From the NCBI RefSeq assembly GCF_004010195.1, contig NC_057719.1, positions 85,176,558 to 85,199,471 on the forward strand: a DNA stretch of 22,914 nucleotides. Reading direction: 5' to 3'. The stretch comes from Chiloscyllium plagiosum. Lineage: Eukaryota. The notes beneath the pieces were generated by a model that saw only the letters and a list, made by a program, of their open reading frames with translations, ran no database searches and was not told the DNA's origin. Both the position numbers and the translations under genes were made by a program. Shown here piece by piece: positions 11,101 to 22,645 of the stretch (positions are counted from its first letter, which is position 1; each line of letters begins with the position of its first letter).

Positions 11101-11428
11101 GATGTGGAGGTGCTGATGTTAGACTGGCATGGACAAAGTTTTAAAATCACACAACACCAGGTCACAGTTCGACAGGTTTATCTGGAAGTAATAGCTTGTG
11201 GAGCAATGCTCTTTCATCAGGTAGCTGTGGAGCAGGATCATAAGACACAGAATTTATAGCAAAAGATCAGTATCATGCAACTGATACGACATATTGAACA
11301 AACTTAGATGGCTGTTAAGCCTTTCATCTTTTAGAATGGGTTGCAGGTTTCGGTCCATTAACATGGAAATCTCAGAACTTCTTTCAAGTCACATTCTTGA
11401 GACAGCTTAAGAAAAGGTGACATCTCAG
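11101..11428 (-). mobile_element. Penelope-like element 3' end (family C), degenerate
   Basis: Non-coding segment unrelated to the flanking CR1s, carrying a decayed hammerhead motif on minus. PLE assignment rests on that motif and on pattern recognition. Confidence 0.6.
11190..11224 (-). ncRNA. Degenerate hammerhead ribozyme motif (family C)
   Basis: Minus strand: ctacCTGATGA-A-AGAGC-ATT-GCTCC-ACAA-GCTA. GAAA box appears mutated to ACAA; palindromic AGCT stem III. Confidence 0.5.
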
Positions 11429-14400
11429 AGTCAGAGATGTACAGCATGGAAAAAGACCCTTTGGTCCAACTTATCTATGCCGACCAAATGTCCCAACCCA
11501 ATCTAGTCCCACCTGCCAGCACCCAGCCCATGTCCCTCCAAATCCTTCCTATTCATATACCCATCCAGATGTCTTTTAAATGTTGCATTTGTACTAGCCT
11601 CTGGCAGCTCATTCCATATATGTACTACCCTCTGCATGAAAAGGTCTCTTTTACAACTTTCCCCTCTCACTCTAAACCTATACCCTCTAGTTCTGGACTT
11701 CCCCACTCCAGGGAAAAGACTTTGTCTAGTTATGTTATCCAGGCCCCTCATGATTTTATAAACCTCGAAAAGGTCACCCCTCAGCCTCAGACGCTCCAAG
11801 GAAAACAGCCCCAACCTATTCAACCTTTCCTGATAGCTCAAGTCCTCCAATCCTCAATGTCCTTGTAAATCTTTTTTGGACCTTTCCAAGTTTCACAACA
11901 TCCCTTCGACTGGAAGGAGACCAGAATTTAACTCCTGTACTCAGTACTCTGACCAATAAAGGAAAGCATACCAAATGCCTTCTTCACTATCCTATCCACT
12001 TGCGACTCTACTTTCAAGGAGCTATGAACCTCCACTCCAAGGTCTCTTTATTCAGCAATACTCCCTAGGACCTTATCATTAAGTGTATATGTCCTGCTAA
12101 GATTTGCTTTTCCAAAATGCAACACCGTGCATAAATTAAACTCCATCTGCCACTCCTCAGCTATTGGCCTCATTGGCCCATCTGATCAACATCCTGTTGT
12201 AATCCAAGGAAACCTTCTTCGCTGTCCACTACACCTCCAATTTTGGTGTCATCTGCAAACTTACTAACTGTACCTCTTATGCTCACATCCAAATCATTTA
12301 CATAAATGACGAAAAGTATTGGACTCTGCACTGATCCTTGTGGCACTCCACCACCACCCTGTCTTCTACCTTTGAGCCAGTTTTGTATCCAAATGGCTAG
12401 TTCTCCCTGTATTTCATGAGATCTAACCTTGCTAACCAGTCTCCCATGGGGAACCTGGTCGAACACCTCACTGAAGTTCATATAGATCACACCTACTGCT
12501 CTGCCCTCATCAATCCCCTTTGTTACTTCTTCAAATAAACTCAATCAAGTTTGAGAGACATGTTTCTCACACACAAAGCCACGTTGACTATCCCTAATCA
12601 GTCCTTGCCTTTCCAAATACTTGTACATCCTGTCCCTCAGGATTCCCTCCAACAACTTGCCCACCATCGATGTCAGGCTCATCTGTCTATAGATCCCTGG
12701 CTTGTCCTTACCACCTTTCTTAAATAGTGGCACCACGTTAGCCAACTTCCTGTCTTCTGGCACCTCATCTGTGACTTTCGATGATACAAATATCTCAGCA
12801 GGGGGCCCAACAATCACTTCCCTAGCTTCCCACAGGTGTACCCTAGAACTCTGATCAGGTCTTGGGGATTTATCCATTTTTATGCATTTCAAGACATCCA
12901 GCACGTTCTCCTCTGTAATATGGACATTTTTCAAAATGTACCATTTATTTTCCCACATTCTGTATCTGCCATGTCCTTCTCCACAGTAAACACTGATGCA
13001 AAATACTCATTTAGTATCTCCCCCATCTCCTGCGGCTCCACATGAAGGTCATCTTGCTGATCTTTGAGGGGCTCCATTCTCTCCCAAGATACCCTTTTGT
13101 CCTTAATGTATTTGTAAAAACCCTTCTCCTTAACTCTAATTACCAAAGCTAGCTCATGTCCCCTTTTTGCCCTCCTGATTTCCCTCTTAAGTATACTCTT
13201 ACTGCCTTTATATTCTAAGGATTCATTCGATCTATCCAGTCATATGCTTCCTTCTTTTTCTTCACCAAAGCCTCAATTTCTAGAGTCATCCAGCATTCCC
13301 TATACCTACCAGCCTTTTCTTTCACCCTAACAGGAACATACTGCTTCTGGACTCTTGTTATCTCATTTTTGAAGGCTTCCCATTTTCCAGCCGTCCCTTT
13401 ACCTGCGAACATCTGCCCCAATCAGCGTTTGAAAGCTCTTGCCTAATACCGTCAAAATTAGCCTCCAGTTTAGAATTTCAACTTTTAGATCTGGTCTATC
13501 CTTATCCGTCACTATTTTAAAACTAATAGAATTATGGTCGCTGGCCCCAAGTGCTCCCCCACTGACACCTCAGTCAACTGCCCTGCCTAATTTCCCACGA
13601 GTAGGTCAAGTTTTGCACCTTCTCTCGCAGGTTCACATACTGAATCAGAAAAATTTCTTGTACACACTTAACAAATTCCTCTGCATCTAAACCCTTAACA
13701 CTATGGCAGTCCCAGTCTAGGTTTAGAAATTTTAAATTCCCTACCATAACCACCCTATTTTTCTTACAGATAACTGAAATTTCTTTACAAATTTCTTTCT
13801 CAATTCCCTGCTGACTATTAGGGGGTCTGTAATACAATCCCAATAAGATGATCATCCGTTTCTTGTTTCTTAGGTTACCCAAATAACTTTCCTGGATGTA
13901 CTTCAGGGAACATCCTCCTTCAGTACAGCTGTAATTCTATCCCTTTTCAAAAATGTCACTCCCCCTCTTCTCTTCCTGTAGCATTTGTATTCTGGAACAT
14001 TAAGCTGCCAGTTTTGTCCATCCCTTTGCCATGTTTCTGCAGTTGCTATGATATCCCAGGCCCATGTTCCTAACCATGCCCTGAGTTAACCTGCCTTCCC
14101 TGTTAGGCCTCTTGCATTGAATTAATTAAATGCAGTTTAATTTTTCAGTCCCACATCGTTCTCTGCTTTGTCCCAACCTGCCCTGACTGTTTGACTTGCT
14201 TCTTTTCTCAACTGTATCAGTCTTAGATTGATCTCTTTCCTCACTATCGCCCTAGGTCCCAAGTACCATCCCCTCACCCAACCTTACTCGTTTAAATCCT
14301 CCTGAGCAGCTCTAGCAAATCTCCCTATATATATTAGTTCCCTTCCAATTCAGGTGCAATCCGTCCTTTTTTGTAATTTCTGAGATTTCAATGATCCAAA

Positions 14401-15281
14401 AATGTGAATCCTTCTCCAATTCACCAGCTCCTCAGCTGTGCATTAATCTGTTCTATCCTCCTATTCCTACCCTTACTAGCTCATAACACCAGGAGTAATC
14501 CAGATATTACTACTCTCGGGACCTCCTTTTTAAATTCCTGCCGAACTCTCGATATTCTCCCTGCAGAATCTCATCCGTTTCCCTTCCTATGTCATTGGTT
14601 CCAATGTGTACAATGACCTCCTCTGGTCTCTCGTCCCCTTGAGAACATTTTGCACCCTTTCTGAGACATCCTTGATCCTGGCACCAGGGAGGCAACACAA
14701 CACTCTGATTTTTCACTGCTGGCCACAGAAACATCTGTCTGTGCCTCGGACCAGAGTCCCCTAACACAATCGATCTCTCGGAACCCGACGTAACCCTCAT
14801 TGCATTAGGGCCACTCAATACCAGAAACTTGGCTGTTCATGTTACATTACCCTGAAAATCCATCACCCCCTACATTTTCCAAAGCAGCATACTTATTTGA
14901 AATGGGGATATCTATAGGAGGCTCCTGCACTACCTGCCTACCTCTCTTACCTGTCGTGGTGTTAACCCATGCATGTGACTGTATCTGTGACTTTTCTCCC
15001 TTCCTATAACTGCCATCCATCACATCTCCTTGCACTTATAAATTCCTCATTGCCTCTAACTGTCTCTCCAACTGATCCATTTGATCTGATCAGATTCTCA
15101 ACCAATGGCACTTATTGCAGATATACTCCTCAGTCAAACATAAGCTCTCCCTAAACTCCCACATCCGACAAGAAGAGCACATCATTCTACTAAAAGCTTC
15201 TTCTAATCTACAGACCCTGAAAATAGCACCGTCTTATTCCTCTACAAAACACTGCTCCAGGCTAACTTAGTACTAACTTAA
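11428..15281 (-). mobile_element. Near full-length CR1 LINE (ORF1 zinc-finger/esterase plus ORF2 EN-RT plus 3' tail), degenerate
   Basis: ORF1: MCSSCRMWEF..YICNKC (about 15110-15183), PISNKYAAL, IVLGDS, VHIGTNDIG. ORF2: YYRPPNS, YRQMSLTSMVGKLLE, VPQGS, SKFADDTKIGG, LERLRLRGDL, WNELP. 3' tail begins agagtcagagatgtacagcatggaaa on plus. Confidence 0.95.
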
Positions 15282-15283
15282 TA

Positions 15284-15901
15284 CAGAGAGAGAGAGAGAG
15301 AGACAGACAGAGAGAGACACAGAGAGAGACACAGAGAGANNNNNNNNNNNNNNNNNNNNNNNNNNNNNNNNNNNNNNNNNNNNNNNNNNNNNNNNNNNNN
15401 NNNNNNNNNNNNNNNNNNNNNNNNNNNNNNNNNNNNNNNNNNNNNNNNNNNNNNNNNNNNNNNNNNNNNNNNNNNNNNNNNNNNNNNNNNNNNNNNNNNN
15501 NNNNNNNNNNNNNNNNNNNNNNNNNNNNNNNNNNNNNNNNNNNNNNNNNNNNNNNNNNNNNNNNNNNNNNNNNNNNNNNNNNNNNNNNNNNNNNNNNNNN
15601 NNNNNNNNNNNNNNNNNNNNNNNNNNNNNNNNNNNNNNNNNNNNNNNNNNNNNNNNNNNNNNNNNNNNNNNNNNNNNNNNNNNNNNNNNNNNNNNNNNNN
15701 NNNNNNNNNNNNNNNNNNNNNNNNNNNNNNNNNNNNNNNNNNNNNNNNNNNNNNNNNNNNNNNNNNNNNNNNNNNNNNNNNNNNNNNNNNNNNNNNNNNN
15801 NNNNNNNNNNNNNNNNNNNNNNNNNNNNNNNNNNNNNNNGGAGAGACTGAGAGAGAAACTGAGAGAGAGACTGAGAGAGAGACTGAGAGAGGCAGAGAGA
15901 A
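15284..15901 (+). repeat. Compound (GA)n/(GACA)n microsatellite spanning an assembly gap
   Basis: GA-rich repeats at 15284-15339 and 15840-15901 on both sides of the N run. Confidence 0.9.
15340..15839. other. Assembly gap (500 N)
   Basis: Run of exactly 500 N, probably a placeholder length. Confidence 0.98.
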
Positions 15902-16164
15902 TGAGGCAGCTTCAAATGGAATACCAGATCTGAATCCATTCAGATGGAATACCCGGATACCAGATTCTACTGACATTAATAACATGATAAACAAGTATAA
16001 TTGCTGAAAAACAAAGTTTTCTGCAAAAGCCATGAGCAATGTGGACTGACAGCATTTTACTGGACTTCTATGTTACACTACAAAGATAAAGTACAAAAGC
16101 AAGAAAACCAGTTGGAAGAGAACACAGAAATAATATAAGAGGCAACATGAATTTTAAAAATGCA

Positions 16165-16362
16165 GAGAGCTATGATGATCTGCAGTGCACTCCCTGACAG
16201 TATAGAGCAGATTTCATGATAACTTTCAAAAAGAAATTGGATAAATAGTTGACAGTGAAAACAATTGTGGGTGCATAGGACAAGATTAAAAAGTGGGATT
16301 ATTTGGTTAGCCTTTTCAAATAATCCACAATGATCTCCTGTGGTGCATCATTCTAAGATTCT
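16165..16362 (+). mobile_element. Old CR1 3' end remnant
   Basis: gcactccctga...actttcaaaaagaaattggataaatagttg (TFKK.LDK), ending in cattctaagattct, a decayed (attct..g)n CR1 tail. Confidence 0.6.
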
Positions 16363-16554
16363 TACTTACTTTATTATTGTTTTCTTTGTACCGTAAGTGT
16401 TCAGGAGCATAAACAAGACAAACATTTATGTTAAACATACTAAAGATAAAATTGATCTACAGTCACAATAAGAAGGAATATCAAGTGCTTTTTCCTCCAA
16501 TGAAATAAAAAGAAATTTTTTTAAAATTCTGAAAGGAACTAAAAAATGTGTTAA

Positions 16555-16811
16555 GAGAAAGTGAGGACTGCAGATGGTGGAGATTAGAGTCGAAAGCATG
16601 GTGCTGGAAAAGCTCAGCAGGTCAGGCAGCATCCAAGGAGCAGGAGAATTGACTTTTTGGGCATAAATCTTTAATCAGAAATGCTCATTCCTGATGAAGG
16701 ATTTATGCTCAAAATGTCAATTCTTCTGCTCCTTGGATGCTTTTCTTAGTTGAGAGTGTGTGCTTTTCCAGCATCACACTCTCAACTAAGCATCCAAGAA
16801 GCAGGAGAATT
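16555..16811. mobile_element. PLE family B fold-back mini-element with secondary nested hairpins
   Basis: Starts gagaaagtgaggactgcagatg as at 1911; centre about 16684; right arm cctgatgaaggatttatgctcaaaatgtc; extra perfect 16-bp inverted repeat 16745-16760/16775-16790. Confidence 0.85.
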
Positions 16812-16813
16812 TT

Positions 16814-16845
16814 AGTGTAACTAACGTCAGTGTAACTAACATCAG
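16814..16845 (+). repeat. 15-bp tandem duplication
   Basis: agtgtaactaacgtc agtgtaactaacatc ag. Confidence 0.85.
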
Positions 16846-17049
16846 ATGAGAACTTCCTTAAAGAGTTCCTAAGAGTAAGAAAGCCAACTGAATAGCTACT
16901 CAGACTCCTCAGTTTCCCCTGCTTTCCATTCTATCTGATATTCTCTCACACTCCCTCACATGTACAGTCTGAAGTTTTGTCCCCAAAGCATGGAACGACT
17001 CCATGAAACACGCTGCATGATTTCAAAAGACTAACTTGGTAACACTGCA

Positions 17050-17520
17050 GGTTTTAATCTCAACCTTTGTACATGTTCATTGCATTTCTGGCTTCGCTCC
17101 TCCATTCTCCCCTTCATAAATTTGAGGCTAACCAAAACACTGCTGCCTGCACCTTAACTCACACAATATACTGTTCCCCTACCACCCATGTTCACTCTAT
17201 GCTAGCTCCCATTCAAGCATTGTCTTGATTTTAAATTTCTCATCTTTGTGTTCAAATCCCTCTCAGTCGCTGTAATCTCTAGTCCCACAACCATTCAAGA
17301 GTTCTGTGCTTTTCTAATACTAGCCTCTTGTGTATTCACAATCATAATTACTGTACCATTCATAGCTGAGTCTTCAGGTGCCTCAGCACAAAGCTATGGA
17401 ATTCTCCCCATACACTTTGAAGCTCACCTTCCTTCTTAAAACCTACTGATTTGACAAAATTTTTGCTGGTTTATATTTGTTTGCAACGCTCCCATAAAGC
17501 ACCTTTCATTAGATTAGAAA
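17050..17520 (+). mobile_element. Old L2-like LINE 3' remnant
   Basis: Decayed post-RT motifs: caaaacactgctgcc (QNTAA) and ctcccattcaagcattgtcttgattttaaatttctcatctttgtgttcaaatccctc (LPFKHCLDFKFLIFVFKSL), typical of L2 ORF2 C-termini. Confidence 0.65.
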
Positions 17521-17934
17521 CACAACACAGATAACAGCTGTTGGCTCAAAACATCAAACAGAAAGAATCTCAAGGCAAATATGATGTGAGCAAATTTTAG
17601 AACAACAAATTTAAATGTTTAAAGTTTTGGTCAATAGTGTGACAGAATTGATAATTACTGTAGCAATTTGATTGAAATAACAGATGTAATGATATCATGC
17701 CCATATATCTCCTATGATGACATATTGTCATACCTCCATGCCTCCTCAAAACTACTGCACGGCTCCTATTCTGAAGTTGTTGACCTTTTACTGGGTTCGC
17801 AGTCCCAGATTATCCATTGGTAACTCTCTTTACCCAGTAAATTATTCAATAACTCAGTATATTAACCAGCTATGTAACAGTAAGAAGCTATGTTGAATGC
17901 ATTGTCATATGCAAATTTTAAAGAACTAGCTTAC

Positions 17935-18037
17935 CGTTAACCAAAAAGGACTTCTTCTCAATTTGGTCTTTCGCTAACTCCACCATATCACAATATGCAC
18001 GAGCCAGTCGCCAGCAGAACTCAGGCTTCGAATGATA
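17935..18037 (-). CDS. RMDN2: Internal coding exon of a regulator of microtubule dynamics protein (RMDN/FAM82 family, TPR-like region); RMDN2 slightly favoured, RMDN3 not excluded
   Basis: Minus strand: acceptor ccatttgtacttacAG, 103-nt exon YHSKPEFCWRLARAYCDMVELAKDQIEKKSFLVN-G, donor GTAAG; phase 0 to 1. Matches the F-x-WRLARAY-x-DM-x-EL....EKK.....G motif of RMDN2/RMDN3. Family is confident; paralogue choice is not. Confidence 0.85.
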
Positions 18038-18594
18038 CTGTAAGTACAAATGGCAAAGGATACATGTGGGTCTGTGTATTGTACGTCATTAATGATAGTT
18101 AGTGGCCAAACAACTAATGACTGTTCTGTGGACTGACAGAAATTTAGGCTTTGGTATTTAGCAAGTAAATAATAAGGCCAAAAATAAACAACGTAAAGGT
18201 GATGTTTGGTTGAAATAAATCATCTGAACAACCTTCCGCTCATCAGCGGAAACAGGGGTTCTACTGACAAAATAAAGAAGCGTATTTGATTACTATGAAA
18301 AGTGTTGTAATCAGAATCAGCAAGCATGCTTTCCTTTTGCAGGTGAGTTAATTAAATCCATGCTCAATGCATATTAATGCAATGAATACAACAAATACAA
18401 TTGGTTTATTGCCACATAATATTATTAGATGTAAGAGAACAGATTGTTAGGAGTGAATTACAAATGCAGCAATCTAGTTGTACAATAGAGAGTGGAATGT
18501 CAAACAGGAACTGAATTGCTGCCTCACACCAGTACAGTTAACGTGTTCATCAACAGCAGAATATTTCAAATGTTGGATAGCTATTCCATACCCT

Positions 18595-19290
18595 ACTCAA
18601 GGAGCAGCCTGACCGTCATCATCAAGGAACTATAGCTTACTGACAATGACCCTGGCTCCACCAATCCATCTTTAGCTACATCCTGTCTCACCAGCAGAAG
18701 ACCTCTATAAATGTGGAAGCACAATCAGGAATGAGCTGCCTTGGGAGTCCTCAACATTGATTCCAGACCCGGTAACGTCTCATAGCATTTTGAATAGTGA
18801 GAAAAACCTCCTGCTGATTAACAGCTATCTCCTCCATGGTGAACACCACTTTGGTTAGTGGACAGGAACATCAATGCAATCAGAGTAGTTCATTACCAAA
18901 ACTAGTGACTGAACAAACGGAGTCCTAAATGGGCGCAGCTGCTAGACTGACCCTGTGCAAAACAAGAAGAAACTTTTTTCTTGGCTTCACTCTCACCAGT
19001 TTATTTGTAACGGACATGTCTCTCCATGATACTGTATAGCCATAGTGGAGACAAGGTCCCATCTTCACATTGAGGATATCAATTGATCTGCATGGCACTA
19101 CTATACTGAACGGGACAGAATTTGAACAAAGTTTGCAATTAAAACTGGACATTGATCAGGCACTGTGAGCCATCAGCAATGGCAAAACTGTATTCTGTAA
19201 TCTAATGCTGTAACAAATCTTCGACTCTACCTTTACCATCAAGTAGGAAGATCAATCTTGGTTCAATAAAAAGTGCAGTAGGGCATCAGA
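18595..19290 (+). mobile_element. Very old CR1-like LINE endonuclease-region relic
   Basis: Residual motifs QPD..I, ILSHQQ, LGVLNIDS, NLLLINSYL, VETRSHLHIED in broken frames; recognised by pattern. Confidence 0.5.
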
Positions 19291-19319
19291 CAGAGGGAGG
19301 AGAGGATAGCTAGGATAAT

Positions 19320-20245
19320 AGCTGGAGTTGGTGTAGCACAAGGATGTGTTTTGAGTCCACTGCTGCTTGTCATTTTTATAAACAACCTGGATGAGAGCGT
19401 AGAAGGATGGGTTAGTAAATTTGCAGATAACACTAAGGTCGGTAGAGTTGTGGATAGTGCAGAAGGATGCTGTAGGTTACAGAGAGACATAGATAAGCTG
19501 CAGAGTTGGGCTGAGAGGTGGCAAATGGAAAGTGTGAGGTGATTCATTTTGGAAGGAGCAACAGGAATAAAGAGTACTGGACTAATGGTAAGATTTTTGG
19601 TAGTGTAGATGAGCAGAGGAAACCCAGTGTCTATGTACATAGATACCTGAAAGTAGCCACCCATGTTGATAGGGTTGTTAAGAAGTCTGTTAGCTTTTAT
19701 AGGTAGGGGGATTAAGTTTTGGAACCATGAGGTCATGCTGCAGCTATACAAAACTTTGGTGACCGCACTCAAGAGTATTGCATACAGTTCCAGTCACCGC
19801 ATTAAAGGATGTGGAAGCTTTGGAAAGGGTTCAGAGATTTACTAGGATGTTGCCTGGTATGGAGGGAAGGTCTTACGAAGAAAGGCTGAGGGACTTGAGA
19901 CTGTTTTCATTAGAGAGAAGAAGATTGAGAGGTGACGTAATAGATAGTCAGAGGGTTAGATAGGCTGGACAGTGAGAGCCTTTTTCCTCGGAAGGTGATG
20001 GCTAGCATGAGGGGGCATAGCTTTAAATTGAGGGGTGATAGATACAGGACAGATGTCAGAGGTAGTTTCTTTACTCAGAGTAGTACGGGCATGGAACACA
20101 CTGCCTGCAACAGTAGTAGACTCGCCAACCATAAGGGTATTTAAATGGACATTGGATGGATGGATGGGCTTCAGATTGGTTTCACAGGTCAGTGCAACAT
20201 AGAGAGCCAAAGAGCCTGTACTGCACTGTAATGTTCTATGTTCTA
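19320..20245 (+). mobile_element. CR1 LINE 3' fragment with (tgttcta)n tail
   Basis: [70 protein letters not shown]; tail aatgttctatgttcta. Confidence 0.92.
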
Positions 20246-20246
20246 T

Positions 20247-20840
20247 AATGGATACTGTCCTCTGCAGCAAAGACAGAGTTCTGAAGTCTATCTTGCCTGC
20301 CTGGAGCCAAGGTTCAGGGTGTCTCTTCTGGGCGAGAAAAGAACTTGGAGTTGGTGGTTCACACAGGTACTAATGACATACGTAGGAACAGCAAAAATGT
20401 TCTGCTGAGGGATTATAAGCAGCTTGTGGCAAACTTTAAAAATCCTGACCTCAATGGTAATAATGGGAGTCGGGTTGAGAGTGTGGTGCTGGAAAAGCAC
20501 AGCAGGTCAGGCAGCATCCAAGGAGGAGAATTGGCATTTCAGGCATAAACCCTTGATCGATGTCGAAACCTCGATTCTCCTGCTCCTCGAATGCTGCCTG
20601 ACCTGCTGCGCTTTTCCAGCACCACACTCTTGATTCTGATCTCCAGCATCTGTAGTCCTCACTTTCTCCACAATGGTAATAATGCCTGGATTACTACTTG
20701 CAAATTAGCACAGGGTAAATAAGATTACGAAGGCAAATGTGTGGGTCAGAGAAATTGGCTCCAATTCATAAGGCAATGGCCCCCGTACTGGAGAAAAAGT
20801 GTGTTGTTTCATCAGCATGGACTTCGATTCATGCAAATCA
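20247..20840 (+). mobile_element. CR1 ORF1 (SGNH esterase-like) remnant, interrupted by a PLE mini-element
   Basis: CLPGAKV and VVHTGTNDI motifs; continues after the insertion with VIMPGLL. Confidence 0.7.
20466..20670. mobile_element. PLE family B fold-back mini-element with 14-bp TSD
   Basis: Inverted arms about 20474-20550 and 20565-20630; ends gtcctcactttctcca; flanked by caatggtaataatg at 20452-20465 and 20671-20684. Confidence 0.88.
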
Positions 20841-21579
20841 TACAAGGACTATAAAGATTTAGAAATTCCCTGTAAAATATAATTCTATTAATCTCAAAAT
20901 CACTCTTTTAGACTACCCAGATCGGAGGATTTAACAATTGCTTCAAATTCCTCTATTGTAAATTGGATTGTCTCTTTCTGGAGCATTCATACAACCGAGC
21001 GCAGATTTTCTCAGTTTAAGTAACTCTTTCAGAGTTGTTCCAAATACTTCTGGTCTAGAACTTTCAAACAAAACAGTACAGACTAAGGTGACCTTTTTCT
21101 TAACAGTTCTAAAGCTCCTTTACGCCTCCTTTCATCAAGCCCAAGTGCTTTACATAATTAGTTCCAGCCAAGACTTCTGTAAACTGCCAAATTGAAATCT
21201 AAAAGTTTGCAAACTATAGCTGATTCCCCTAAAAACTCCAAAATCCTCTATCTGAAGGCCTAATGCACAAAACGGTTTATTTTGTAAACTCTCCCAATGT
21301 AAATAAATCCACATTACTCCTCAGGAAGTGTGTTTCTCATACTGTGTTTTAAAATACTTTACCATGGCTACAGAAATACTTACAAGCTAATCATGAAATA
21401 CTTCAGACATGCAGAAAACCCATGTCACTCCTCAATATTCAAAAATCAAAAATAAATTATATTAAACCTATTTAAATCATGTACCTTACTTTCATGCTAA
21501 CACTGGAAAATCAACAGCTTTATACGGGAACGATATATAGCCAGAGCTGCTGATAACAGTAAATTGACTCTCAGACTTT

Positions 21580-22645
21580 GAGTCATACAGCACATAAACA
21601 GACCCTTTCGTTCAACTCAGCTAAACCAATCGGACATCCCAATGTGACCTAGTTCAATTTGGTAGCATTTGGCCATATCCCTCTAAACCTTTCCTATTCA
21701 TACTCTCATCCAGATGTCTGTTAAAATGTTGTAACTGCACTCACCTCCACCACTTCCCCTGGCAGCTTGTTCCATGTATACACGACCGTGTGAGAAAAAA
21801 AAGTTACCCCTGGAGTCTTTTTTGAATTTTTCCCCTCTCACCTTAAAACGGTGTCCTCTAGTTTTGGACTCCCCACCTACGAAAAATACCTTGGCTATTC
21901 ACCCTATCCATGCATTTCATACTTTTATAAACTTCTATAAAGGTCATATCTCAGTGTCTGACACTCCACATAAAAAAAGTCCCAGCTTATTCAGCCTCTG
22001 TCTGCAGTTCAAACCCTCCATTCCTAGCAACATCACTGTGAATCTTTTCTAGTGTTTAACAGCATCCTTCTTACAGGAGGGCAACCAGAATTGTACACAG
22101 TATTCCAAAAGTGGCCTCACCAATGCTCGTACAACCGCAACATGACATTCAAATCAATGTCATGACCAATAAAGGCAAGCGTGTCAAATGCCTTCTTCAC
22201 CACAATGTCTACCCTGCAACTCCACTTTCAAGGAATTATGCACCTGCACTTCTAGGTCTCTTTGTTTGGCAATACTCCATTTATGTATAAGTGCTGCCCT
22301 GGTTTGCCTTACCAAAATACAAATCCCACATTTATCTAAATTAAATTCTATCTGCCATTCCTAAGCCAATTGGCCCCTCTGATCAAGGTGCCTTTGTACC
22401 TCGAGATAATCTTATTCACTATCCACTACACCACCCATTTTGGTGTCATCTGCAAACTTACTAACCATAGCTTATATATTCACATCCAACTCATACGTAT
22501 AAATGACGAAAAGCAGTGGATCCAGCATTGATCATAATGGCACACCAGTGATCACAGACCTCCAGTCTGAAAAATATCCCGCCACGCCACACTGTCATCT
22601 ACCTTCAAGCCAATTTTGTATCTAATTGACTAGATCACCCTGGAT
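21580..22645 (-). mobile_element. CR1 LINE 3' fragment
   Basis: Colinear with 11430-12410; ttggtgtcatctgcaaactta = KFADDTK on minus near 22440-22460; 3' end gagtcatacagcac; cut by the PLE insertion at 22646. Confidence 0.9.

Noticed and set aside
15262..16039. Two longest ORFs (225 and 253 aa)
   Set aside because: Artefacts of translating through the 500-N gap and GA microsatellite.
19263..19772. 169-aa minus ORF and similar antisense ORFs (8018..8317, 11437..11868, 21774..22052)
   Set aside because: Antisense frames of CR1 ORF2; no independent coding signal.
20950..21260. 75-aa ORF or possible upstream RMDN exon region
   Set aside because: No recognisable motif or splice-bounded RMDN-like frame on minus.
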